Of a DNA stretch of 64,000 nt, positions 55,026 to 64,000 are shown piece after piece. The stretch's first letter is position 1; each line of letters opens with the position of its first letter. Below the pieces are notes generated by a model. That model saw only the letters and a program-made list of their open reading frames with translations. It made no database searches and was not told where the DNA came from. Position numbers and translations under genes: made by a program. Source of the stretch: Azolla caroliniana (Eukaryota > Plantae > Polypodiophyta); NCBI GenBank assembly GCA_043228905.1, contig JBHGNT010000016.1, positions 434,001-498,000 on the forward strand, written 5' to 3'.

Positions 55026-55098
55026 ACCCAACTAAACGTGTGTGGTATTTTGTTAATGGTAACTCTACCCCCTAGATTCCTCTAATTGGCTAGGTAAC

Positions 55099-56652
55099 AT
55101 GTCACATAGAATCCCCTTTAGACCACATACAAAAAAAACACGTAAAAAGAAACTTAGATATAAATTTTGGAAACCCCTTACAACACCCTTTAGTCCCCCT
55201 CATAGTAGTAAAATCCACAACCTTTCTACACATACCCTTAGCAAGTCAGAAATTAAACTTCTTAACCTAGGTCTTAAGTTTATACCTCCCTCCCCCCTCC
55301 CCACCTCCACTTCTATTCTTCAAGAATTCCATAACCTTAGTAGATCCCTTAGACTTAGACATTTCTTTCAAGACGACTCCTCCGTCCCACACAACCCCTT
55401 TAAACTACCCAACCCCTCTTGGAACCCCCCTACACAATACCCACCGTTAGAAGACATACTTCATAAACACCTTAATCTCCTCACCATAAAACTCCATAAT
55501 ACAAACCTACCCACTAAACACATTCCACTACACCTACTACAAGCCTTAAAAAGCCTTAAAAGCAATAAACACATTATCATCCTCCCCGCAGACAAAAATG
55601 TAGGTGTTTGTGTCTTAAACAAACAAACATACCTAGATAAAGCCCTAGCTCACCTATCCGATACATCCACTTACAAACCCGTAGATACCTTCCCCTTAGA
55701 AGAACTCCTACATAGATTAAAAACCTTAATGAATCAACACCTAGGAACCCTCTCCCTCATAGAAATAAAATTCATCTTACACAAACCATCCAACGAATAC
55801 CGAGTCCCCACCATGTACTTCCTACCCAAAGTACACAAAGAACCCATTGGCTATAGGCCTATTTGTTCTTACAACGGTTCGTTATTTGAACAAACTTCTA
55901 AGTGGCTACACCACCAACTCCTCCCCATACTCCTACAACAAAAACAATACCTTAGAGACTCATTCTCCTTAGTACAATCCCTAGAAAACCTCACGACACC
56001 ACCCAATAGCTTCATCTTTTCATTTGACGTAGAATCCCTCTACCCGAGTATTCCACCAAAACTAGGACTACTAGCCCTAAAACACCTAATTACCCCCCAT
56101 TTCTCAAAACAAAAAGCCAACCTCATCTATACTCTCAGCGCCTTAACCTTAGAATATCACTTCCTTAAATTTAATAACCAAATCTATCAACAAATTAAAG
56201 GCACAGCCATGGGAAGCAATTTTTCCGTAGTATATGCTTGCCTTTTTTTGTCATACCTCGAGAATTCCAACCCATCTCCCCATTTATTTTATTTCACGAG
56301 ATATATTGACGATGCCTTTGGTGTATGGACCGGTACGAAAACACAACTCTTAGACTACCTAAATTTCTATAGTATTACCACTCAAAACTCCATTAAACTG
56401 ACCATCCAAACCTCTCTCACTAAACTTCCTTTTCTCGACCTTTGGATAAACCTCGCTAATAATAATTTCAACTTTAATTGTTTTCAAAAAGAACTTAATA
56501 CTTACCAATACATACCCTTCACCTCGACACATCCTATCCACGTCAAAAAAAGCTTCCTCTCGAACGAACTTAAAAGATACATTATTAGAGAAAGTACAGC
56601 CCAAGGTTATTTAAAAATGCAACAACTATTTTTTAAGAGACTACGAGCATGA
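55099..56652 (+). CDS. Penelope-like reverse transcriptase (main fragment)
   Basis: NLS...LLNLGLKFIP, ILPADKN, YFLPKVHK, YRPICS, SFDVESLYPSI, QIKGTAMGS, RYIDDAFGVW, PFLDL, YIPFTSTHP. The TGA at 56650-56652 falls in the expected RARGYP motif (CGA>TGA) and the frame stays open to 56857. Confidence 0.92.
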   Translation: MSHRIPFRPHTKKTRKKKLRYKFWKPLTTPFSPPHSSKIHNLSTHTLSKSEIKLLNLGLKFIPPSPLPTSTSILQEFHNLSRSLRLRHFFQDDSSVPHNPFKLPNPSWNPPTQYPPLEDILHKHLNLLTIKLHNTNLPTKHIPLHLLQALKSLKSNKHIIILPADKNVGVCVLNKQTYLDKALAHLSDTSTYKPVDTFPLEELLHRLKTLMNQHLGTLSLIEIKFILHKPSNEYRVPTMYFLPKVHKEPIGYRPICSYNGSLFEQTSKWLHHQLLPILLQQKQYLRDSFSLVQSLENLTTPPNSFIFSFDVESLYPSIPPKLGLLALKHLITPHFSKQKANLIYTLSALTLEYHFLKFNNQIYQQIKGTAMGSNFSVVYACLFLSYLENSNPSPHLFYFTRYIDDAFGVWTGTKTQLLDYLNFYSITTQNSIKLTIQTSLTKLPFLDLWINLANNNFNFNCFQKELNTYQYIPFTSTHPIHVKKSFLSNELKRYIIRESTAQGYLKMQQLFFKRLRA

Positions 56653-56857
56653 GGATACCCTACACAGTTTATCCTCAATATATTCAAAAAACACCCCTAT
56701 TCCCTTAGACCAACTCTCCTCTCAAACAAAACCATTAACCAAACCCCCACACCCATAATCTTTAAACTAAAATTCACACACCAAGCCCCTAATCTAGGAA
56801 TAAAAGAAACCCTTACTAGCCTACACTTAAACCTCCAAGAAGACCCTCTACTACAAC

Positions 56858-57312
56858 TATTATAGATCTAGATACTAACGTAAGCTTAAGATAAGGATAA
56901 TGAAAAGATAGATAGAAAGGAGAAAGAGAAAGAAGGGTGCCGATCCACCCGACCACCCCCGAGCGAAGGGATCGAGACGGACTCGAGCCTCGATCGGCGT
57001 CCCATACCACCGCCGTGGCGTCGAGTCGTACCTGGTGCTGGCGCGCTCGCTACAAGAATTGACCCACCACACGAGCAGAGTCTCGATGTAGTCAAAAGAT
57101 GATCAAATGAGGGTAGCTAGGCCTCTTATTTATAGCGAAACCCAAGGCCCCCAGGCAAGTTCACACTTGACCTAATGGGTTGTCTCAATCCCGAGGATTA
57201 AAAGTAATCCTCCCCTTCTTTACACTCTCATTTAACCCTCACACTTATCCACGTGTATAGAATACTACGGTAAATTCTTACCACGGGATATTATATGGTC
57301 ATGCCCGTAACA
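56858..57312 (-). repeat. Gypsy 3' LTR (455 bp)
   Basis: Direct repeat of 63410-63864. Minus strand TGTTACGGGC...CTATAATA. TATAAATA at 57127-57134. Confidence 0.95.
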
Positions 57313-59716
57313 TACTCCCCCTCTTTAAAACATTGCACTCTTGCAATGGAAAGTTAGGGAAGTTAGTTCTAAGAGTATTTTCGCGTTCCCATGTGGCATC
57401 TTTTATTGATTTATCCATCCATTTTATTTTGAATTCTCGGATTTCTTTAGTACGTAATTTTTTTGATTTAACATCGAGAATTCTTTCTGGTACATGTGGT
57501 TTAGAAGATAATTCTTCAGAAGTAACCAGAGTTTCAGTTGTAACTGTATTGTCGCCAGAACCTAGAAGTTCTTTTAGACGACTCACATGAAAGACTGGAT
57601 GAATTCCGACACCATCGGGAAGAGCGAGACGATAGGCTGATGACCCAATGCGTTTGAGGACTGTAAAAGGTCCACAAAACCGTGGGGCTAACTTAGCGCA
57701 CTTACCCGTAGACAATGTCTTAGAATTGTGAGGTACCCGTAAAAATACCTTCTGTCCAGGGTTGAATACACGAGGTTGCCTATGATGATCGGCATAAAAA
57801 CGCGCTCTATCTTGAGCTGTTTTTATATTATCTCGTGCAATATGCAACATATCTTGCATATCCCGAAGAAAGTTTTGCGTACTTCGCAACTCATCATGAT
57901 GTATATTAACATCAATCGGGGCTCGTGGCTGAAAACCATACATCAACATAAAAGGACTATATCCCGTCGACGTATGCTTGGAGCTGTTATAAGCAAACTC
58001 CAAAATTGGGAGATAACGTTCCCATTTTGTTGGTTTTGCACCAACGTATGCTCGAAGCATGTCCTCAATAATTTGATTTACTCGTTCTGTCTGTCCATCG
58101 GATTGAGGATGATCCGTGGAGCTCATGCTCAACGTAGTTTCTAACTTCTTAAAGACTTGTGTCCAGAAGTCACTAGTAAACTTTGGATCTCGAGCACTCA
58201 CGATATCCATCGGTAACCCATAAAAACGAAACAATTCGTCAACGAATTGGTAAGCCAATTCAGGAGCTGTTACCGTGGTTTTAGTAGCAATAAATCTGGC
58301 CATTTTAGTTAGTCGATCAACGACAACCCAGATGGCATCATGACCTTTTTGGGTGCGAGGAAGGCTAACAATAAAATCCATGGATATACTTTCCCACTTA
58401 TTATTGGGAATGTCCAAGGGATGTAAAAGTCCTGCGGCTTTAAGTCGCTCGGCTTTGTTAACCTGATACTGGTGACATTTAGTCACATAGCTATGTATGT
58501 CAGGACGCATCTTAGGCCAATAAAATTGAGTGGAGATGAGAACGAGTGTACGATGTATTCCAGGGTGCCCTGTTGAGGGTGCATCATGGCATTCAAAAAG
58601 AATCCTCTTTTTGACCTCGGGTAAATCTGGAACACAAACCTTCCCATTACGGTAGAGCAAACCGTTAGCAATGTGGAAGTATTCCTTCGAGGATGTGGTG
58701 GTGTCTGTTCCAGACTCAACTCTTGCCCAGTATTTTGCGAAATAACTGTCATCAGGATACTTTCCTCGAAGGTGATCATAAAGATCTGATGATATTTCAG
58801 TGAAGCTAAGCGTGTTAACTTCACGGATGCGACTTAGTGCATCAGCGACAGTGTTCATGGAACCTTTACGATATCGTATGGAAAAATCAAAGTCCTGGAT
58901 GAGATCAGCCCATCGTGCCTTACGACCTTTCAGGTCTTGTTGGTCACAAAAATATTTCAAGGACTCGTGGTCCGTTGTTACCACAAAGTGATTTCCATAA
59001 AGATAATGGCGCCATGTTTTGAGCGCATGTATAACTGCAAATAATTCCTTTTCTTGAACGGTATACCGACATTGAGCAGAATCAAGTTTCTTACTCTCGA
59101 ATGCTATTGGTTTACCATCTTGATACAAGACAGCACCTATAGCATAATCGCTTGCATCGGTTTCAACCTCGAAAGGTTTTGAAGGATCAGGTAAAAGAAG
59201 TGAAGGAGCCTTGAAAACTAGGTCCTTGAGTTCCTTAAATGCAAGGTCTAGTGTAGCATTCCACACAATAGGTTTTGTAGACTTACGCGTTTGACCTTTT
59301 AAAAGATCAGTAAACGGCATCGTCAATTGGGAGTAATTACGAAGAGACTTTCGCAAAAACCCCACAAAACCAAGGAATGATCGAACTTCTCGAATATTCC
59401 GAAGAGTGGGCCAAAGCTTGATTTTCTCAATGCGAGAAGGATCAATTTCAACTCCTCGTTCGGTTATGAGATGTCCTAGATAAGTAATTGATTTCTTGAA
59501 GAACTCACATTTTGAGATCTTCGCATAAAACTGTTTGTCACGCAATGTTTGTAAAACAAAGCGGACATGTCTAGCATGTTCTTGTAATGTACGGCTATAA
59601 ACTAAAATATCATCCAAGAAAATAACGACAAATTTTCCAAGTTGTTCTCGGAAAATGTCATTCATTTCTTGTTGAAAAGTAGCCGGAGCATTGGTCAAAC
59701 CAAAAGGCATAACCAA
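57299..59716 (-). CDS. Gypsy RT C-half, RNase H, integrase, GPF/Y motif and chromodomain (fragment)
   Basis: [63 protein letters not shown]...IKW...DATWE. Confidence 0.92.
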   Translation of the reverse strand: MVMPFGLTNAPATFQQEMNDIFREQLGKFVVIFLDDILVYSRTLQEHARHVRFVLQTLRDKQFYAKISKCEFFKKSITYLGHLITERGVEIDPSRIEKIKLWPTLRNIREVRSFLGFVGFLRKSLRNYSQLTMPFTDLLKGQTRKSTKPIVWNATLDLAFKELKDLVFKAPSLLLPDPSKPFEVETDASDYAIGAVLYQDGKPIAFESKKLDSAQCRYTVQEKELFAVIHALKTWRHYLYGNHFVVTTDHESLKYFCDQQDLKGRKARWADLIQDFDFSIRYRKGSMNTVADALSRIREVNTLSFTEISSDLYDHLRGKYPDDSYFAKYWARVESGTDTTTSSKEYFHIANGLLYRNGKVCVPDLPEVKKRILFECHDAPSTGHPGIHRTLVLISTQFYWPKMRPDIHSYVTKCHQYQVNKAERLKAAGLLHPLDIPNNKWESISMDFIVSLPRTQKGHDAIWVVVDRLTKMARFIATKTTVTAPELAYQFVDELFRFYGLPMDIVSARDPKFTSDFWTQVFKKLETTLSMSSTDHPQSDGQTERVNQIIEDMLRAYVGAKPTKWERYLPILEFAYNSSKHTSTGYSPFMLMYGFQPRAPIDVNIHHDELRSTQNFLRDMQDMLHIARDNIKTAQDRARFYADHHRQPRVFNPGQKVFLRVPHNSKTLSTGKCAKLAPRFCGPFTVLKRIGSSAYRLALPDGVGIHPVFHVSRLKELLGSGDNTVTTETLVTSEELSSKPHVPERILDVKSKKLRTKEIREFKIKWMDKSIKDATWERENTLRTNFPNFPLQECNVLKRGSMLRA
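57315..57326 (-). promoter_or_regulatory. Polypurine tract
   Basis: Minus strand AAAGAGGGGGAG, 2 nt upstream of the 3' LTR. Confidence 0.9.
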
Positions 59717-59902
59717 AAACTCGTAATGGCCATAGCGCGTACGAAATGTCGTTTTAGGAACATTGTCCTCACTTATTCGTATTTGATGGTAGCCAGTACG
59801 GAGATCAAGTTTCGTAAAATACCGAGCTCCCTAGAGACGGTCAATTAGATCGTCAGCCCGGGGCAATGGATACGAATTCTTGATCGTCACTTTATTCAAG
59901 CG

Positions 59903-61324
59903 TCAGTAATTAATACACATACGCCATGTGCCCTCTTTCTTTTTAACCAAGAGAACTGGTGCACCCCATGGAGATTTACTATAACGTATATAACCCATTC
60001 GTAAATAGTCCTTGAGTTGCTTAGATACCTCATCTTCTTCGGATCGACTTAAGCGATACGGAGGTATACTTATTGGTGCAACACCAGGTACAATATCTAT
60101 ACGATGGTCTATATTACGTTTAGGAGGTAACCCATCAGGTAGTTCACTTGGAAAAACATCATGAAAATCATTTAAGATTTCATCAAGTTGTTGTTGTTCA
60201 AAATATGTTAATTGAATCGGGACATTATCGATATTGTAAACGTGAATGTCCGGATCAAGTACACAATAAAATAACGTAGAACAAGACAACTCGGATATTG
60301 ATGGACACGAGGAAACAATCGAGAGGGATTGTTTTTTTACACATTGAATAAAATGCGTACAATCGTTCAGTACAAAAGAAATGGAATGACGAACCCAATC
60401 AATAAATAAAGAAGAGTTTTTATTATAAAACCAGGGATAACCCAGTATTACATCGGTGGTACAAAGATTCATTACATGGAAGTCTACTTCCTCTTTATAA
60501 GTATCAATAGAAATTCCTAATGAATGAATCGCCTCGTTGATGTATTGTACTCTTCCATCAGCCAAGTGCACCGTGTAGGTGTGATCACTTACGGTGGGTT
60601 GGATTCCCCATATCTGAACCAAACGATCATTCACAAAATTGTGTGAGCTTCCCGAATCAAATAAAAATTGTACAGGAGATCCATTGATATACCCGTTTGC
60701 ACGTAGTAAATCATTGGGACCCAATACATAGTGAGGGAAAGAACATTGACAATTACTTAAATGGTGTGTATAGACCTGAAGGACATTAGGAATCTGACCT
60801 TTATGGTCTGCAGCTTTAGCTTTGTTGTCTTGCTCTTTCCGTTGGAGCTTTCGACATTGATCTTTTGTATGACCCTTCTTTTTGCAGAATACGCAAAAAG
60901 GATGTTGTCGCTTACAATCGCGATCCAGGAATTCATTGGGTGTCTTGCGTTTCCCAACAAATTGCGACTGCTTAGTCCCGGGCGCTTCGTTGGGTTTGTT
61001 ATGGTCCTTCTTCGAAGTGCGTTGGTAGCAAAGAACTATTTCAACGGCCTCTTCGAAGGATTTTGGATCCTTATCGTGCACTATCCAGTGATAGTCCGAA
61101 TTGGGGATGCCATTGACAAAACAAGCTATCAACCAATTGTCCCCTTCTAGACCCGATTTTTGGATTTGGGTCCTAGCATGGTGAACATAGTCTTCTAGCG
61201 AGGAAAATTTCCTGCTAGAGAGGTTCATTAAAGCTTGTGCTACCTCGGTTCGAGAGGGAGGTTGCAGAAATTGGCCCTTAAAAACCGTGACAAAATCTGT
61301 CCAGGTATCAGGCAATTTCCCCAT
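59903..61324 (-). CDS. Gypsy Gag C-half, zinc knuckle, protease and RT N-terminus (fragment)
   Basis: CVFCKKKGHTKDQC, LFDSGSSHNF, DVILGYPW, LPPKRNIDHRI, SPWGAPVLLVKKK. Confidence 0.88.
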   Translation of the reverse strand: MGKLPDTWTDFVTVFKGQFLQPPSRTEVAQALMNLSSRKFSSLEDYVHHARTQIQKSGLEGDNWLIACFVNGIPNSDYHWIVHDKDPKSFEEAVEIVLCYQRTSKKDHNKPNEAPGTKQSQFVGKRKTPNEFLDRDCKRQHPFCVFCKKKGHTKDQCRKLQRKEQDNKAKAADHKGQIPNVLQVYTHHLSNCQCSFPHYVLGPNDLLRANGYINGSPVQFLFDSGSSHNFVNDRLVQIWGIQPTVSDHTYTVHLADGRVQYINEAIHSLGISIDTYKEEVDFHVMNLCTTDVILGYPWFYNKNSSLFIDWVRHSISFVLNDCTHFIQCVKKQSLSIVSSCPSISELSCSTLFYCVLDPDIHVYNIDNVPIQLTYFEQQQLDEILNDFHDVFPSELPDGLPPKRNIDHRIDIVPGVAPISIPPYRLSRSEEDEVSKQLKDYLRMGYIRYSKSPWGAPVLLVKKKEGTWRMCINY

Positions 61325-61432
61325 AGTACGGAGGCCACGCCACCAGGCGGCGGCCTTACCCCCGAGTTCTCAGCCGACATATGCAATCTTCGTACTATCT
61401 GGCATGGGATAGAGCTCAAAATGAGACTCCCA

Positions 61433-61732
61433 TCATCCCAGCCATGTGCAGATTGCTTCTTCGGTTCTTTCCTTTTTGTCTCCCGTAAATGGCTTAACGA
61501 CAAATGATGGTTCACCTTGTCGCTCATCAGGTCTATTAGTCTCACGTTGTAGACTAATGACACGTGCCTCAAGAGCACTCTGAGATTGCCGAAGTTCGGT
61601 CATCTGTTGAGCGGTGAAACTAAGGAATTGGGTTATTTGTGCCAAATACATCTCAGTGGACATTTGTCCAGGAGGATTCCCTTGAGTTCCTTCCGCTTGA
61701 GCGGATGACATCGGGTCATTAATTTGAGCCAT
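61433..61732 (-). CDS. Gypsy Gag N-terminus (fragment)
   Basis: In frame with the downstream gag (61732-61324 = 408 nt). Coiled-coil-like segment, then PFTGD...W; readthrough gives LGGKAAAWW. Confidence 0.75.
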   Translation of the reverse strand: MAQINDPMSSAQAEGTQGNPPGQMSTEMYLAQITQFLSFTAQQMTELRQSQSALEARVISLQRETNRPDERQGEPSFVVKPFTGDKKERTEEAICTWLG

Positions 61733-62897
61733 TAAAGATTATTTCTGGAAAAGAAATAGGATAAGGTCAGAGATATAGTCATAACATCATGTCGTGATGT
61801 AAACATATCATGGGCGAGCATTAATCGATATCATTATCTCACGTCAATACCCCTCTAGACGTATGAGATGAGGTTCAAGATCAGGTTACTATGGTAACAC
61901 AAAGGTGTTTTAAAAACCATGGGGGTGACAAATAAATGTCTTTCCCTGATCTCTATATCAATTTTTTCATGGTGGCTCCCCGAGGCTCAACCATGTATGT
62001 TCGCGTCATGAATAGTTTATACACGAAAAAAATGTTAACAATAAACTATGTTTCGGTGCCCACATAAGTGGTTTCGGCTCTTGAAGTCCTATTACGAGGA
62101 CCCCGAGGTGCACTTAGACCTTAAGTCTAAACATGTGTTATAGTCATATGTATCAAGGATGTTGTATGGTCTTGGTCATATTTGAACTCGAGACCTCGAG
62201 AACAAATACATTAAACACTTGAGCCAACCAAGTAAGTTGGTCTTCTCGAATGTTTAATATTTGATGCGTATAAGAGATATGCGAGGCAATTGATCATATA
62301 TGTTTTTTTAAAAGAACATATATGTCAAGGGTCCTTATTTCGCCCTCATTTACCAAAACTATGTTGGTACGTTACCTAACCTCAAGTCTCGTAATTACGA
62401 TGGCATACGCCAAAGTGCAACCTAATGGTCAAGCCAAATGAGCCCTCGTTTCGTAGTAGGCTCATGTGGGCCATCACATGGTCACGTCATTACGAATGCC
62501 TCTCGTAAGAACGAGCTCATGGTGGCATCGTATCCATGTAACAAGGGAGGGATGTTGGATACGTGCGTCATTGGAGCGACCTCACTTGAAGTGGGTCAAG
62601 CCCTACGTACTCAACATCATTATGGCTATTGCGTTTCTTTACGTAACGAAATCGAGGTCATCAACAATAAAAAATTGTTGAAAATGGGATGGTGACAACG
62701 CCATTCTCACAAAAATGTGAGGATGGCCACCAACATCCTTTTCCCGACCATGACAACTTTCGATATAATCACGTAATAACGAATATACACATATGTTTAC
62801 TTATCACATATATACGATCAAATACGTATATATGTGACCACATATGCCTATATTAAACATATCGTTATATTAAATAGCCACAAATGATGTGATCGAG

Positions 62898-63160
62898 ATA
62901 CGTAATCGAGGTATATACCTCTACGCACACGAAACATCCACAAATAAGAGATCATCGTAATACGCAATGGAGGTATTGACCTCTTACGCATACGAGACCA
63001 AACCCATATCGTTTACAACAAATCAAGGTATTGAACTCATACGCAAACGTAACATATGTTCGTGAACGTAATACGTAATTGAGGTATTAACCTCGTACGC
63101 ATACGACACTCATCACATATTATTAATATGTCAAACGAGGTATTGACCTCGTGCACATAT
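62898..63160 (-). repeat. Five palindromic repeats with dissimilar spacers in the gypsy 5' leader
   Basis: Core GAGGT-N4-ACCTC at 62908, 62970, 63025 (degenerate), 63081 and 63137. Spacing is 62, 55, 56 and 56 bp. Confidence 0.8.
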
Positions 63161-63397
63161 GTAAACGTTTTAGATAATCAATTAAAGACCACTACAACAT
63201 CATTGACTTAATGAAAAAGAATTACATATAAATTAAACACATGATTAGATGGGAGAAGAGAGAATAGAAAGAAAAATTCTGGAAAGAGTTACCGAAGTTC
63301 TTTGTTGATCGTTGTTTGGATCAAGGCCAACCGCACAACGATCGATCAGCATCAATCAAAAGACAAATGAAAAACAAAGAAACATTAGTACATAAAA

Positions 63398-63407
63398 TCT
63401 GATACCA
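63398..63407 (-). promoter_or_regulatory. Primer-binding site for tRNA-iMet (10-nt match)
   Basis: Minus strand TGGTATCAGA, 2 nt downstream of the 5' LTR end. Confidence 0.88.
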
Positions 63408-63409
63408 AA

Positions 63410-63864
63410 TATTATAGATCATAGCACTAATGTAAGCTTAAGATAAGGATAATGAAAAGATAGATAGAAAGGAGAAAGAGAAAGAAGGGTGCCGATCCAC
63501 CCGACCACCCCCGAGCGAAGGGATCGAGACGGACTCGAGCCTCGATCGGCGTCCCATACCACCGCCGTGGCGTCGAGTCGTACCTGGTGCTGGCGCGCTC
63601 GCTACAAGAATTGACCCACCACACGAGCAGAGTCTCGATGTAGTCAAAAGATGATCAAATGAGGGTAGCTAGGCCTCTTATTTATAGCGAAACCCAAGGC
63701 CCCCAGGCAAGTTCACACTTGACCTAATGGGTTGTCTCAATCCCGAGGATTAAAAGTAATCCTCCCCTTCTTTACACTCTCATTTAACCCTCACACTTAT
63801 CCACGTGTATAGAATACTACGGTAAATTCTTACCACAGGATATTATATGGTCATGCCCGTAACA
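63410..63864 (-). repeat. Gypsy 5' LTR (455 bp)
   Basis: Direct repeat of 56858-57312. TATAAATA at 63679-63686 (minus). Followed on the plus strand by TSD ACAAC. Confidence 0.95.
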
Positions 63865-63869
63865 ACAAC

Positions 63870-63961
63870 ACATCCCCAAACCAATAATTTGTTGGACTAA
63901 ATCTAAAAATCTACACTCTTCACTAGTCAACACAAAAAACATTACTATAGATCCACACTAA
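63870..63961 (+). pseudogene. C-terminal end of the PLE RT ORF beyond the gypsy insertion
   Basis: Joining 56857 to 63870 gives in-frame ...QEDPLLQHIPKPIICWTKSKNLHSSLVNTKNITIDPH* with TAA at 63959-63961. The reconstructed ORF from 55099 is 1851 nt. Confidence 0.85.
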
Positions 63962-64000
63962 CTCCTCTCCATATTTTTATTTTTTTTAAACCACAAGTTT

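Larger units (their letters stand above)
57299..61732 (-). pseudogene. Gypsy gag-pol, single frame with four premature stops
   Basis: In-frame stops at 61433-61435 (TGA), 61370-61372 (TGA), 59903-59905 (TGA) and 59831-59833 (TAG). Flanking translation is continuous, e.g. [49 protein letters not shown]. Confidence 0.93.
56858..63864 (-). mobile_element. Full-length Ty3/gypsy chromovirus LTR retrotransposon (Reina/Tcn1-like), defective
   Basis: Two 455-bp LTRs, TSD ACAAC (56853-56857 and 63865-63869), PBS, PPT, and a single-frame Gag-PR-RT-RH-IN-chromodomain. Clade call is tentative. Confidence 0.96.
53322..64000 (+). mobile_element. Penelope-like retroelement, 5'-truncated, apparently endonuclease-deficient, interrupted by a gypsy element (own sequence 53322-56857 and 63870 to window end)
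   Basis: PLE-type RT motifs, an upstream Pro-rich ORF1 and an A+C-rich sense strand. The reading frame is restored when 56858-63869 is removed. The 3' end lies outside the window. Confidence 0.85.

Noticed and set aside
53322-56857. Hammerhead ribozyme or GIY-YIG domain in the PLE; telomerase TERT identity
   Set aside because: I found no CTGANGA...GAAA core or GIY-YIG motif by eye, though a ribozyme may lie beyond the window. The RT motifs are PLE-type and the ORF is intronless and too short for TERT.
62438-62695. Short plus-strand ORFs in the gypsy leader, and minus-strand ORFs in both gypsy LTRs
   Set aside because: They are under 90 aa with no motifs. The LTR ORFs appear twice only because the LTR is duplicated.

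Overview
This is eukaryotic, most likely land-plant, heterochromatin. I see no cellular genes and no RNA genes. About 49 kb is a head-to-tail 178-bp satellite (1-28806 and 32647-53321) with centromere-like monomer size, two monomer variant types, a 12-mer (2134 bp) higher-order repeat and a near-identical 37-mer (6502 bp) higher-order repeat. A Ty1/copia LTR retrotransposon (28807-32646, minus strand, TSD AACTC) sits in the array; a deletion removed its RT C-terminus, RNase H, PPT and all but 40 bp of the 3' LTR. At 53322 the satellite abuts a 5'-truncated, A+C-rich Penelope-like element (PLE). It has a Pro-rich ORF1 with telomere-like NP/KP repeats, a candidate -1 ribosomal frameshift cassette (A AAA AAC plus a stem-loop) and an RT ORF. 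Once a nested insertion is removed, that ORF ends at 63961 with no GIY-YIG endonuclease. The nested insertion is a full-length Ty3/gypsy chromovirus (56858-63864, minus strand, 455-bp LTRs, TSD ACAAC). It carries four C>T nonsense codons, TG...TA termini and a 1.67-kb structured leader holding a five-unit palindromic repeat/unique-spacer array. The many 60-100 aa ORFs in the satellite are artefacts.
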